A program made the position numbers and the translations under genes. Under the pieces are notes generated by a model. The model had not been told where the DNA came from. It did not search any database and was given only the letters and a program-made list of their open reading frames with translations. From NCBI RefSeq assembly GCF_006345805.1, contig NC_042997.1, forward strand, positions 109,244,001 through 109,308,000: a stretch of 64,000 nucleotides of DNA, written 5' to 3'. Shown piece by piece: positions 14,440 through 26,262 of the stretch. Origin of the DNA: Octopus sinensis. Its lineage: Eukaryota. Numbering within the stretch: position 1 is the stretch's first letter; the number at the start of each line of letters is the position of its first letter.

Positions 14440-16630
14440 TGTTTGGGCACCTACTTGCTTGCGTGTACACCAACTGGCAGCAGAACGGGAGAATTCCTAA
14501 GTCTGTGAGCCGAGGGGTGGTAGCGCTGTTAAGAAAGGAACCAAACAAGGGGGATTTAATTGATAATTTTCGGCCCATCACTCTGCTTAACGCAGAGTTG
14601 AAGATTTTGGCCAAGGTCTTAGCAAAAAGGTTGGCGCGGGTCGTGGGTGAACTTGTTGGCGAGGCGCAAACTTGCGCCATCCCTGGAAGGACCATCCACG
14701 ACAATCTCCACTTTCTACGCTATGCCTTAGAAAGGGTAAATAGGATTCCTGGCAAGGGTGAGGCTATGGTCCACTTGGACCAATCGAAAGCGTTTGATAG
14801 GGTGGACCATCAGTATCTGGCGGCAGTCCTGGCGGCGGCTGGCTTCGGCCCGACCTTCCGCGGATGGATCATCGCTTTATGCAGCAACATCGAATCGGTT
14901 GTTCGGGTAAATGGTTTCCTTTCGGAGTCGTTCAGCATTGAACGTTCGGTACGTCAAGGGTGTCCTCTCTCCCCGCTTCTCTACGTTTTGGCCCTCGAGC
15001 CGTTGCTGAGGAGGTTGGAAACTATGAGAGGCACTCTCATAGATCTAGGGTGCGGAAAGTCAGCTTCGGCGTATGCGGACGACATCACCGTCATCGTTTC
15101 CCGAGTCGAGCACCTACAGTGGGTGGGTGAGGCCTTAAGGGGCTACGAAGCGGTGGCAGGAGCGAAAGTCAACCGGGATAAATCGGTCGGCTTGCAACTC
15201 GGCACCTGGAGGGGCAAGTCGGTGTCTTCCGACAGCGTCGTATGACGTTGGACGGAAGGACCGGTGAAAATGCTTGGAATCTGGTTAGGTCCAGATCTCC
15301 AGATAGAGAAGAACTGGAACGAGGTGGCGAGAAAGGTGGCTCTCCTAACTCAGACATGGTCTCAGCGGAAGCTGTCCTTGAAAGGGAGGGCGGAGGTTGC
15401 AGAGGTGTGTATCGCCTCTGTAATCACTTACCGCCTGACAGTCGTGCCTTGCCCTGATTCGTGGCTGAACAAACTGGAACGCATGCTCTTTCGCTTTTTG
15501 TGGAGGGGCAGCAGACCTCTTGTAAGGCGCTCTCTTTGCTGCCAAAAGCCGCTGAAGGGTGGGTTAGGGATGCCGTGGCTAAAAATGCGCAGACATGCGC
15601 TCAGGCTTAGGCACCTCTGGATTTACCTAGACGGTGAGCAGGTGTGGTCTCCGTTCGTCAAGCTGTTATTTCCACAGTTCACATCGTTTAACGAACTGAA
15701 CCTATGGATCAAGTGTAGACCGAGGTTGGGCATGTGGCATGCAGAGTGCTATCAGGTACTCGTGCTTCTCTCCCAGTCGGGCAACGCCGGCGGCAGGGCT
15801 ACTACCTTGTTCTTCTATAGAGGGTTAGTAGAGTTTAAGTGTGACGACGTACTAGGAGAAACTCTGGGCTTCGACGAAAATCAACTGGCCAGCCTGTTCC
15901 AAAGAACATTCGGTCCGGGGCCTATGGATAATTACCAAAAGCCCCTGGCCTGGCAATGTTACAGAGGAGCTTTACCGTTCGAGATAAGCTCTTTAGACAT
16001 GGGTGTGCACCTTCGCCGGTTTGTGCAAGATGTGAGAGGGACAGTGAAACTGTCCTGCACGCGATGTGTCAGTGCCCCAGGTGACTGAACTCTGGCTTAT
16101 GTAGAAACACCTGCTGTCGCATTCGAGAAGAGTGCAACTGTCGAGCGAATCTGTAATTAAGATAGTTCCGCCGACCTCCTGAATAGGGAGGAGCGAGCCT
16201 GTTTTCTTCGGTAGTTGCTATGGCGAAAGAAGTAGTGTGGAGACGAGAGTAAAAGGAATTGCAACAGGCATGTTTACCTCCAGTCTCGAGCTAATCGACT
16301 TATTCGTTTTCCACATGAAACGGAAATAAGGCTGGAGAGAAATATGCCTGTCGCAAAGTGTGTTTCGTAAAAGATGGAAATGTATAGAAAGTATGTTGCG
16401 AGTGAAAGAACCTGTTTAATCGGGAATGCAGAAAAGGAGAAGCAAAGTCTTCAGTGTGAGTATGTGGTTTGTGGGTCAACCACGTCCTCCGCTTCATTTT
16501 TGTTAATCACTCATTCTCATTTGTAATATATTTTTAATTGTTTGTTTATTCATATGTTTCGTCTCATTCGATACCCTGACCCCAACGTTTGTTTTGTCCC
16601 CTCTTTTTCTCAATCTTATGGTGAATAAAG

Positions 16631-16634
<4 letters not shown>
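14440..16634 (+). mobile_element. 5'-truncated Tx1/L1-clade LINE
   Basis: RT motifs NFRPITLLNAELKIL, DQSKAFDRVDH, VRQGCPLSP and AYADD, with an in-frame stop at 15245. It ends AATAAAGAAATA then (CT)n, and (TC)5 lies directly upstream at 14429-14438. Confidence 0.92.
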
Positions 16635-16674
<40 letters not shown>

Positions 16675-17025
16675 GCTCTCTGTATGTATATGTATATATA
16701 GGATGAAATTAAGCTTGGACACCAAAAGAAGAGTAAAATTTTATTTTATAGGAGTTGAAAAGACTTCTCACACTGTTACCCTGAGTTTCATGTAAACTGA
16801 TCATTAGACATCCGCGAGTAATTATTGTTGAAATTAGCCTACCTGATGATCGACTTACCTGAAACTCTGTACATCTGCAACATGCACTAATTCCTGAAGA
16901 GGGAGTCATAACCCTGAAATAGTGAATGCAGAGTGAGTTACCATTAATTCATATGCCCGTTTCCTTGTGATTTTCCTCCTTGGATTTATTTCGCATTGTT
17001 CCGACCTTACCTACGAATTATATAC

Positions 17026-17094
<69 letters not shown>

Positions 17095-17118
17095 CCACAC
17101 ATGCATACACACACATAA

Positions 17119-17154
<36 letters not shown>

Positions 17155-17449
17155 CGCAGATTTTTTTATACAATGACCAAAAGTCATACGAAAGTGTGAT
17201 ACAAAGCTGTTGTATGCTTACTATTTAAAAAAACAATAAGAAATGGAATTATAATGAAATGTCCCTTGTGAAAATCGAAACTGAATCAATACCAAGTCAT
17301 TGTATAATGCAGTTTTGTTTTGATTAGATCCATGAAGCTAAATATTGCTTACTAATAAATGACACAAGATGTAGAAGAGGTAATACCTAATATTCAATGC
17401 TAGTATAGGTTAAATGAAGTGAATATTGATTTGAAAATCAGCATGCTCG

Positions 17450-17630
17450 AGTGAGGCGGTTAATCGATTCCATCGACCGCAGTTTTTCAACTAGTAGTCA
17501 TTTTATCGACCCCGAAAGGACGAAAGGTAAAGTGGACCTCAGTGGAATTTGAACCCATAACGTAAAGACGGACGAAATGCTGCCAAGCACTTTGTCCGAC
17601 ACGCTAACGAATCTGCCAGCTCACCGCCTT
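17450..17630 (-). mobile_element. tRNA-derived SINE, second family (MetaSINE-like central domain)
   Basis: The reverse complement has a GGCGGTGAGCTGGCAGA head, GGGTTCAAATTCC B-box and CCTTTCGTCCTTTCGGGGTCGATAAA body. Related copies recur elsewhere in the window. The family name is from memory. Confidence 0.75.
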
Positions 17631-18631
17631 CAAATGAAAGAAATAGTGTAGGAGAGTCCAATGAATTCTGTGGGACCTATTATATAACTGGTACCTTATT
17701 TATTGACTCGGAATAGTTGGATGAGGGAGTCTGTTCCAGTAGGATTAAGAATTCGGAATGTATTTGCTTGTAACTAAATATCATAAGACAGTTTTTCTGT
17801 TGTTGAACAAACTGACTTAGTGATATTCCTGATTTGGAAAAGGTGTTAGCGTTGTAAGTGAAATGAATTTAACTGTAGGCTCTTATTTGTATTAGAAATT
17901 CGTGATGCTAATTGCTGACATTAAGGCTCTTTCTCGGAGATGACTCTAGCACTGAGCAATTTAAGTTTAGCGGGAAAACGAGTAACATCAGATGACAGGA
18001 GAATAAATTTATTTTCAGCATTTCTCATAACGCTGTTGGCTGGAAACGTCTTTATTAAGACTCTGGATATCGGTAATGGTTGAGATGTAGTATTAATGAG
18101 ATTTAGGTAAGATAAATAAAGTATGAAAGCAACTATTATCAAAAGCTATTGTAAATATTAAATATCATAATTTAGTAATAACTACAATCATTAATAGTGC
18201 ATGTGGCTTTCGCTAGTTCTTTATTTTTTCAGAATACCATGGTAGGATTATATCACGAACTGATAGGCGATGCAAAAGGCCGGGCTAAATAACATCCCGA
18301 GTACCGTCAGAGGAAGACACTCAGTCAACGAAAAATCTCGGTAAACGAAAAGACCAGTGGAAATTTCGATCAAGCAGTGGGGTGATTGGTAGGCGAAGTG
18401 AACCTGTAAAAATCTGAGTGAAGATTGAGAAGGAGATCCTGGTTTGAGATCCAGTTCATTTCAAGTGGCTAATTTTGCAGGGTAGTAGCGTCCCCATTTT
18501 TCTGTAGGAAGTGACAAAAACTAAGAATTAAGGAGAGAAATGTAAGATGTTATCAGCAACATGTATATGTGCATATATATTTGAACGTATACACATATGT
18601 ACATATGTATGTATATACATACATACAACAA

Positions 18632-18721
<90 letters not shown>

Positions 18722-18881
18722 CGGGTGTGTGTGTGATTGTGTATAGAAGAATATATTAATAAAAGGAATTCCAACCTTGTCTGATTTTCACGTTATTTAC
18801 AATCTTATAATGATTTAATATAAGATAATATAATATAATAAAATAAAATAAAATAATAGAATGTTAAATGTTCATTCTGAA

Positions 18882-18926
18882 TGAACTAGTACTTTCATGC
18901 ATTAAATTATGCAATCTTCAGGTTCA
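18882..18926 (-). ncRNA. Minimal type I hammerhead ribozyme (left arm)
   Basis: Exact mirror of 19004-19048. Confidence 0.75.
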
Positions 18927-19003
18927 TGTAGTAGTGGTGACAGTCATGCTTCACAATTTTTGACTGTCAAAAATTGTGAAGCATGACTGTCATCACTACT
19001 ACA

Positions 19004-19048
19004 TGAACCTGAAGATTGCATAATTTAATGCATGAAAGTACTAGTTCA
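19004..19048 (+). ncRNA. Minimal type I hammerhead ribozyme (right arm)
   Basis: TGAAC-CTGAAGA-T-TGCAT-AATTTA-ATGCA-T-GAAA-GTAC-TA-GTTCA: 5-bp stem I, intact core, 5-bp stem II, palindromic AGTACT in place of stem III, and triplet CUA. Confidence 0.78.
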
Positions 19049-19267
19049 ATCAGAATGAACATTTAACATTCTATTATTTTATTTTATTTTATTATATTAT
19101 ATTATCTTATATTATAACATTATAAGATTGTAAATAAAACGTGAAAATCAGACAAGGTTGGAATTCCTTTTATTAATATATATATATACAGTTCTATATT
19201 TAAGAGATGAGGAATTACATAGATTATTTACAATTGACGGATATTTGTCCTCATATTGTTTGTTGTT

Positions 19268-19313
19268 AACACAAAGTTTCGGCTGATATACCCTCCAGCC
19301 TTCATCAGGTGTC
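19268..19313 (-). ncRNA. Minimal hammerhead ribozyme in SINE body (one substitution)
   Basis: GACAC-CTGATGA-A-GGCTG-10 nt-CAGCC-GAAA-CT-TT-GTGTT. Copy 3 has GAAACGTT here, so the consensus palindrome is ACGT. Confidence 0.65.
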
Positions 19314-19406
19314 TAAGGGAAATTTCAAACCTGGGTTCTCATTCCTAAGGTATTTTTCGATGTTCTCGTTGTTATTATTATTATTATTACTATTATTATT
19401 ATTATT

Positions 19407-19956
19407 GAGTGAGAGAGCAGTTCATGCCATCAAAGTGACACTGGGGTAAAATATACGAAGCCCAATATACCCATCATGACTACCCGTCTGATAAAGGTAC
19501 ACCAGGCACATGCATCACAACCATATGTGCGCGACATGGTGATCTCATATCAAGATAAACAGCACATGACCTTGCAGGTGGGGCCCAGAATTTTCTTCAG
19601 GTTGAGTAGCCCATCCCGCTCAAACGGTCCCTGAATAAAGGTTGTTTAAGGATGTTGAAAGAACCACCCATGTTTCCAGAGGTGAACTATTCAAACCCCA
19701 AAGAATCCCTCTCAACACATGGCTATGATGCTCCCCCACTACTTCTGCTCGTGATCAGAGATGCACATATCGTCAGCCACTAAGGGACATGCTCAACTGG
19801 TTACGGTCAAACAACTGACAAACAAATCTGTGGTATTGAGCAGAATATTTGCTTTAGCCCATCTTTTATACCAAGACAAAACAATGTACATGATAACACT
19901 TCCAATCAGTTAAGATCAGAAGCCATGAGAGCCACTGCCTGGTACTGCATCAGGGC

Positions 19957-19960
<4 letters not shown>
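19407..19960. mobile_element. Unclassified ~550-bp insert in an (ATT)n tract
   Basis: Non-coding and bounded on both sides by (ATT)n. It separates the head remnant and body of SINE copy 1. Confidence 0.5.
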
Positions 19961-20030
<70 letters not shown>

Positions 20031-20066
20031 TATTATTATTATTATAGCCACTACGCCATATGCGGT

Positions 20067-20276
20067 GGGCATATGGCGTAGTGGTTAAGAGCGCGAGCTA
20101 CTAACCCCAAGATTCCGAGTTCGATTCCAGGCAGTGACTTGAATCATAATAATAATAACAACAACAACATCGAAAAATACCTTAGGAATGAGAACCCAGG
20201 TTCGAAATTTCTCCAAGACACCAACCGAAACAACAAACAAGATGAGGACAAATATCCATCAAATGTAAATAATGTT
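20067..20276 (+). mobile_element. Hammerhead-containing tRNA-headed SINE, copy 2 (intact Pol III head, ribozyme core deleted)
   Basis: A-box TGGCGTAGTGG (20074-20084), B-box GTTCGATTC (20119-20127) and (AAT/AAC)n linker. The body has an internal deletion between AAGACACC and CCGAAAC. Confidence 0.82.
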
Positions 20277-21719
20277 ATCAGCAACAATTTCTAACTTTAG
20301 TGACCAGTAGTCTACTAACTAACACCCCAGTGTCCAACACTCATAGACATTAACACACAGGCAATATCATTTTCGATACTCCATTGTTTTTATAACTCAA
20401 ACGAAATGCCGTGTCATCAACATTAGTTATTTCTTTGTGAATGTATTCAAACTGCCTCTTAAATCAAACATTCCTATTAATTTTACAACCAATTGAATAA
20501 ACAACAGCCGTATGTTAGTATTCATGAAACAGGATTTTGTGAATATTTTTAAATTCATAATAAATACCCAGCTACAATGGTCAAAAGATTTGACCCGTTG
20601 ACCAAAATATAAAATCTAAATGAAATTCATCTCTCATTTTCAATGGTTTCGCATCAAAGTCTCGATTGTTTTTTCCCCCAATAAGTTAAGAAACTACAAC
20701 GTTGAAATATTGCAGTCGTTCCAATTTACAACACTGCAAATACTTCAACAAATAAATATCGATATAAAATAGAAATCATTATTCATACCTTGTATCGATC
20801 TCTCGGTTGATTTTCTTATTAAAAGCTTACTTTTTATGCATTTCATATATTTCTCAGGCTGTATTTATATTTAAATCTTGATTGTAATTTAAAGATAAAT
20901 TCAGAATTGTTTGTTTGTCTAATTAGAAGACATTGCAATAACGCCAGAAATATACCTGACACCAAAAATAATCTTTTTGTTTCAATAACGTAATAAACAC
21001 CAAATATACTAAAAGATACGTATTGATTAAACTAGCTATTTATGAAGATCAATCATCGATATTTTGAAATAAAATTACATTTCTGTCTCTCTGTTTACCT
21101 ATCTTGATGTTTCTATATTTAACATATATATTTTCCTTTGTGAATATCAGAGAATGTTCTTAAGATGGCGGAAAGACACACGAATTGACGTGCTTTATCA
21201 GGAGTCAAATATTGTTAATATCAGATGAAGATGGGCGTCGCTGGAGGAAGTTTGATTACAAAAACAGACTCACTCTGACGAAGTGATACGTTAAGTGTAT
21301 GTGTGAGTGTGTGTATATGCGTATGCGTGTGTGTATGTGCATAAGTGTGTCTGTGTGTTTATGTATGTATGCAATTTATGTGTGTGCATACGTGTGTGTA
21401 TGATTGTATATGGATATATATATATATATATATACGCATGTATGTTTCCACATTTGTATTATGTGTTTATGTGTGTATCTATGTTTGTATGTGTGTATTT
21501 GTGTGCGTATATATGCATGTACATGTATGTCTATGTGTGTATGTATCTGTGCATGTATGTATGTATGTACGTAAGTATGTATGTATGCATGAATGTTTGT
21601 ATGTACATGTGCAGATTCGTATGTTTTGCTTTATGTATGTATTTTTATGCATATAGTTACATATCTAGACATGCTCATATATACTTAAATGATAAACCTC
21701 TAGAAAGTTCTGCACTTTT

Positions 21720-21990
21720 TACAGTTCCAGTGATGGATTAGATCTGTAGTCTTCGAATTAGTTTTCTTCTTTCTGGTTTTGAGAAGCCTAGTTTCTCAAG
21801 ATTGGTATTTAGGCAGTGTGTCACATATCCCAGGGTCCAAATAATTACAGGCATAAACCTGAATTTGTAATCTGGATAGAGTAACTGCAGATTTCTCAAT
21901 AGTTCACCGTAGGTGTTCTTTTTTTCTCTAATCTTCAGGTTTATGTTAACATCTACTGAGCAGCTGATTTCCACAGCTGTGGAAAGTTTC
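21720..21990 (-). mobile_element. R4/Dong-like LINE 3' fragment
   Basis: EISCSVDVNINLKIREKKNTYGELLRNLQLLYPDYKFRFMPVIIWTLG, homologous to 6480-6900. Confidence 0.75.
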
Positions 21991-22413
21991 TCTTCTGTCT
22001 GTCTGTCTGTCTGTCTGTATGTATGTATGTATGTAGTATGTATGTATGTATATATGTATGTATGTATTATATACCCGTCTCTCTATTTCTATGTAATTTA
22101 TGTATGAATGCTTATATCTATATATATATTTTAGTCACTTTTGTCCCTCATTTTATACATGGAATTGAAAGGACTTCAACATGGTCCTTCATACTCCTCA
22201 GTCCCCCACGGTATACTGTCTAAAACTAAAGCCGTAACGTTCATAAAATACTACGTTATACAATATTTCAGAAACGGCAGATAGGAATAATTACAAGATA
22301 GAACGATTTTGATCAGAATTCTGTTCAATGAAGGGTGAATAGAATTAAGCATCATCATCAACAAGAACAACCAGGACAACAACAACAACCACAGCAGCAG
22401 CAACAACAGTGGA

Positions 22414-22800
22414 GGGGCAATGGCCCAGTGGTTAGGGCAGTGGACTCGCGGTCGGAGGAACGTGGTTTCGATTACCAGATTGGGCGTTGTGTGTGTTTAT
22501 TAAGCGAAAATACCTAAAGTTCTACGAGACTCTGGCAGTGGGGGGGGGGGGCGACCCCTGTTGTACTCTTTCGCTCCAATTTTCTCTCACTCTTTCTTCC
22601 TGTTTCTTGTCCCCGACTTCCTACGCAACCGCTGAGCCTGGATGCGCATTCATCCATCCGTCGATGCTCTCGGTGTCGGGGGTTGACCTGCTTTCTCCTC
22701 TGCGGGTCTTACGAATAGCAAACGACCACGTTTCGGACTTCTCCCACTACAGACAATCCTGAGGCGCGATCTTGTGAGCTCTGGTACGAAGACCGTTTCG
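22414..22800 (+). mobile_element. tRNA-derived SINE, third family, between (CAA/CAG)n tracts
   Basis: A-box TGGCCCAGTGG and B-box-like GGTTTCGATTACC. (CAA)n-type repeats lie at 22359-22409 and 22803-22835. Confidence 0.65.
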
Positions 22801-23322
22801 CTCAACAAACAGCAACAGCAACAACAACAACAACGACATCAAGTGCTACAACAACCTGATACACCGTTGTATGAGAAGTTCAGGTCGATGATGGTGTGAA
22901 ATATATTTGTCGTTGAGCTGAGTTGAGACAAAAAATTTAGCTGATGTTGATGGATGTCTGCTGACATTAGCAAATATATTTAAAGAACATCCAAAATAAT
23001 TTTGGTTCGTTAATTCGTCAGAAGTAATCACATGCTAATTAAATTTGTGCCGCGATATTCTAATTAGGAAAATTCTGTATTATTTCAGGTTTATTCATTT
23101 GGGATAGAAATTAATATTAACATTAAGAACAATTTTTCCAAGATTTCTGAACAAAAATGATACATTTGTGTATGTGTGTGTGTGTGTATGTGTGTATATG
23201 TATATATGTTTTTGTTTGTATATATATATAAAAACTATAAAATATATATATATATATATACATATATACATATACGTAAATATAGACTTACATATATATA
23301 CACATATATATATACACACACA

Positions 23323-23361
<39 letters not shown>

Positions 23362-23849
23362 CACACACGTATACAGACATATATGTATTTGTGAATGTAT
23401 TAAGGTACATTCAGTCATCTATTCATGGAATGAGTTCTGTAAAGACAGATCGACCGTGTCATTGCGTGTGTGTGTGTGTGTGTGTGTGTGTGAGTGTGTG
23501 TGTATGTGTGTGTGTGTGTGTGCGTGTGTGTGTGTGTGTTTAGTTCCAGAGTTGTGTAGAAACAAACATGGCTGTATGAATAAACCCAAACGCGCATACG
23601 CACAAATACTGGCACGAATTCACATATACATGAGTATATATACATACACGCATATGCATGTATATATGCTTATATATATGCATATGCGTATACACATGCA
23701 TATATAAAAACACATATATGTATGTATACTGAGAGTGAGAGAGAGAAAGAGTGTGAGAGAGACGAAAAGAGATATTGTACCGGCACGTGTGTGCATTAAT
23801 TTTCTTCAATGTCTAATTAAATGTGTGATTATCAATATGATTATCAGCT

Positions 23850-23894
<45 letters not shown>

Positions 23895-23992
23895 TATATA
23901 TATACATATATATATACATATATATATATATATCTTCATATTATATATAGTATATATAAATAAACATAAATATATATGTATATAATTATATA

Positions 23993-24082
<90 letters not shown>

Positions 24083-25029
24083 TATATATATACATATATA
24101 TATATATACATATTAATACATATATATACATACATACATACATGATTGTATGCATGTATGTATAAAACTAACACCTAACTGATGCTGTGAGAAGTTTTGC
24201 TATGTTATTAAATGGCTGTTGATTGACAAAGAAATTAATGAATTTGTCCATAACTATTAATTTCAATAACAATATGCGTAGCACCTGTAAAGGAAAAAAA
24301 TGTGACAAAACACATAATCGCCTTGTGTTGGTTTGTTTTTGCTGTTGTTGTTGTTCTTGTTTTTTTTTACCTCATGGTAGCACTGGTGGAGCAGATCCAA
24401 GGCTAGAAAACAAATTCACGTAACCCGCCATTAACCCTTTGGCATTGATACCTGCCATATATAACCCAGATATTCTGCCCATTCTATGTTCGAACCAGCC
24501 AGATCTAACTTCTCCCACCTGCCTTACAATGTCATTCTGAATATAAACATTCCTATAATTGAAATCCTAAAATCTGCAAATTAATGGCTGGTTAATTCAA
24601 TATAACCGGACTAAACAACCATTACCGGTATTCTACAAAAAGCAACAGAGCGCCAGAGTGCAGCATCACCCACGCATCTGGCAGAGTGCAGCCCCGGTGC
24701 ATACAGACACCTTAAACTGCATTTAGAGTACCTTTACTCAACTCATTATCTATACTTACACCCGTACTCACACTCAAACCTTCAGACGACAGGTGCACTG
24801 CTTCCCTTCTCTCTCCCTCCTCTCACTCTCCCTCGCCTTACTTACCCACCCTCACCCTCCCTCTCTACTTCTTTTCTACTTCCTGTAATGGCTTCTACTC
24901 TTTAGAGCTGGGAAGGCTTGTGCCACCTCCGCTGCCCAGGCACACTCGAGGCACAATAATCTCTCCTTTTATCACCACTGTTGTCTCAAATCAATGCGGT
25001 CTTGAGCACTCATTCTCACTGGGCGTGTA

Positions 25030-25194
25030 GGTGCAAGCGTGGCTGTGTGGATAGAAGCTTGCTTCCCAACCACATGGTTCTAGGTTCAGTCCCACCGCAT
25101 GGTGCCTGTGGCTAGTATCTTCTATCACAGCCTCGGGCTGACCAAAGCTTTGTGAGTGGATTTGGTAGATGGAAACTGGAAGAAGCCCGTCGTG

Positions 25195-25240
<46 letters not shown>

Positions 25241-25460
25241 CGTGTGTGTGTTTGTGTCTATGCTTGTCCCCCTATCATCGCTTGACCACCGCTGTTGGTG
25301 TGTCTGCGTCCCTGTACATTAGCGATTCAGCAAAAGAGACTGGTAGAATAAATACCAAGCTTACAAAGAATAAGTCCCGGGATCGATTTCTTCGACTAAA
25401 AGGCGGTGCTCCAGCATGGCCGCAGTCAAATGACTGAAACAAATAAAAGAATAAAAGAAT
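25030..25460 (+). mobile_element. tRNA-derived SINE (full length)
   Basis: Colinear with 30917-31320: GGCTGTGTGG head, GGTTCAGTCCC B-box, internal (TA)(TG)n and (AAAAGAAT)n tail. Confidence 0.88.
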
Positions 25461-25504
25461 GTGTGTGCGTGTGTGAACTCAATATATGTGTGTATATATA
25501 TTTT

Positions 25505-25708
25505 GCTTGTTTCAACCATTAGACTGTGGCCATGCTGGATCACCACCTTGAAGAATCTTTAATCGAATGGATCGACTCCAATACTTTTTTTTAAAGTCTG
25601 GTACTTATTCTATTGGTCGCTTATGCCAAACAGCTATGTTACGGAGATGCAAACACACCAACAACGGTTGTGAAGCGGTGGTAAGGGACAAAGACAGATA
25701 CACACGTG

Positions 25709-25741
<33 letters not shown>

Positions 25742-25890
25742 CACACACGCACACATGTGCGACGGGTTTACTTATGTTTATCTTCTGCCAAATCCACTTT
25801 GGTCGATAGTAGAAAACACCTGCCACGCAGTGGGAGTGAACCCGGAAATATGTGGTTGGTTAGCAAGCTACTTACCACACAGCTACGACT
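25505..25890 (-). mobile_element. tRNA-derived SINE (internally deleted), tail-to-tail with the previous copy
   Basis: Reverse complement of the same family's tail and head segments. Confidence 0.8.
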
Positions 25891-25974
25891 CAAGGACTGA
25901 AACTTTCGTTCTTCAACACTTACCGACCTTGTTACAAATCAACAGTCTATAAATTTATGTACAGGGTTAATGGT

Positions 25975-26133
25975 TCATTATTTACATTATTTATATTTGA
26001 CGGATATTTGTCCTCATCTTGTTTGTTGGTTCAAAAACTTAACAACGTTTCAGCTGATGTACTCTCCAGCATTCATCAGGTGCCTTGGGGAAATTTCGAA
26101 CCTGGGTTCTCATTCCTAAGGTATTTTTCGATG

Positions 26134-26189
<56 letters not shown>

Positions 26190-26205
26190 GTTATTATTAT
26201 TATTA

Positions 26206-26261
<56 letters not shown>

Positions 26262-26262
26262 T
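25975..26262 (-). mobile_element. Hammerhead-containing SINE, copy 3 (5'-truncated)
   Basis: Body with CTGATGA (26079-26073) and GAAACGTT (26051-26044), a long (AAT)n linker, and 9 nt (ACCTGAATA) of the head-linker junction. Confidence 0.78.

Larger units (their letters stand above)
18751..19181. repeat. 431-bp near-perfect palindrome (1-nt spacer at 18965)
   Basis: Arms 18751-18964 and 18966-19181 aligned by hand: 4 substitutions and one 2-nt indel. Confidence 0.97.
19189..20063 (-). mobile_element. Hammerhead-containing tRNA-headed SINE, copy 1 (interrupted, head mostly deleted)
   Basis: The body at 19189-19370 matches 20168-20276 and 25975-26130. Only 16-18 nt of the head remain (20046-20063), and a 550-bp insert interrupts the (AAT)n linker. 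Confidence 0.75.

Noticed and set aside
16885-16930. ATTC-CTGAAGA-GGG..CCC-T-GAAA-TAGT-GAAT hammerhead-like motif
   Set aside because: Stem III and the cleavage triplet cannot be formed without assuming two deletions. It is probably a relic but is unsupported. The nearby CTGATGA at 16843 has no stems.
20067-20140. tRNA-like sequence with A and B boxes
   Set aside because: No complete acceptor stem, and it continues into a repeated body. It is a SINE head, not a tRNA gene. The same applies to the other SINE heads.
21268-21298. CACT-CTGACGA..GATACGTT-AAGTG
   Set aside because: Stem II is absent and GAAA is mutated, so it is too degenerate to call.
22846-23040. Possible GIY-YIG relic (NYFGCSLN...STQL..YI) on the minus strand
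   Set aside because: The similarity is too weak and short to support as a feature without a profile search.
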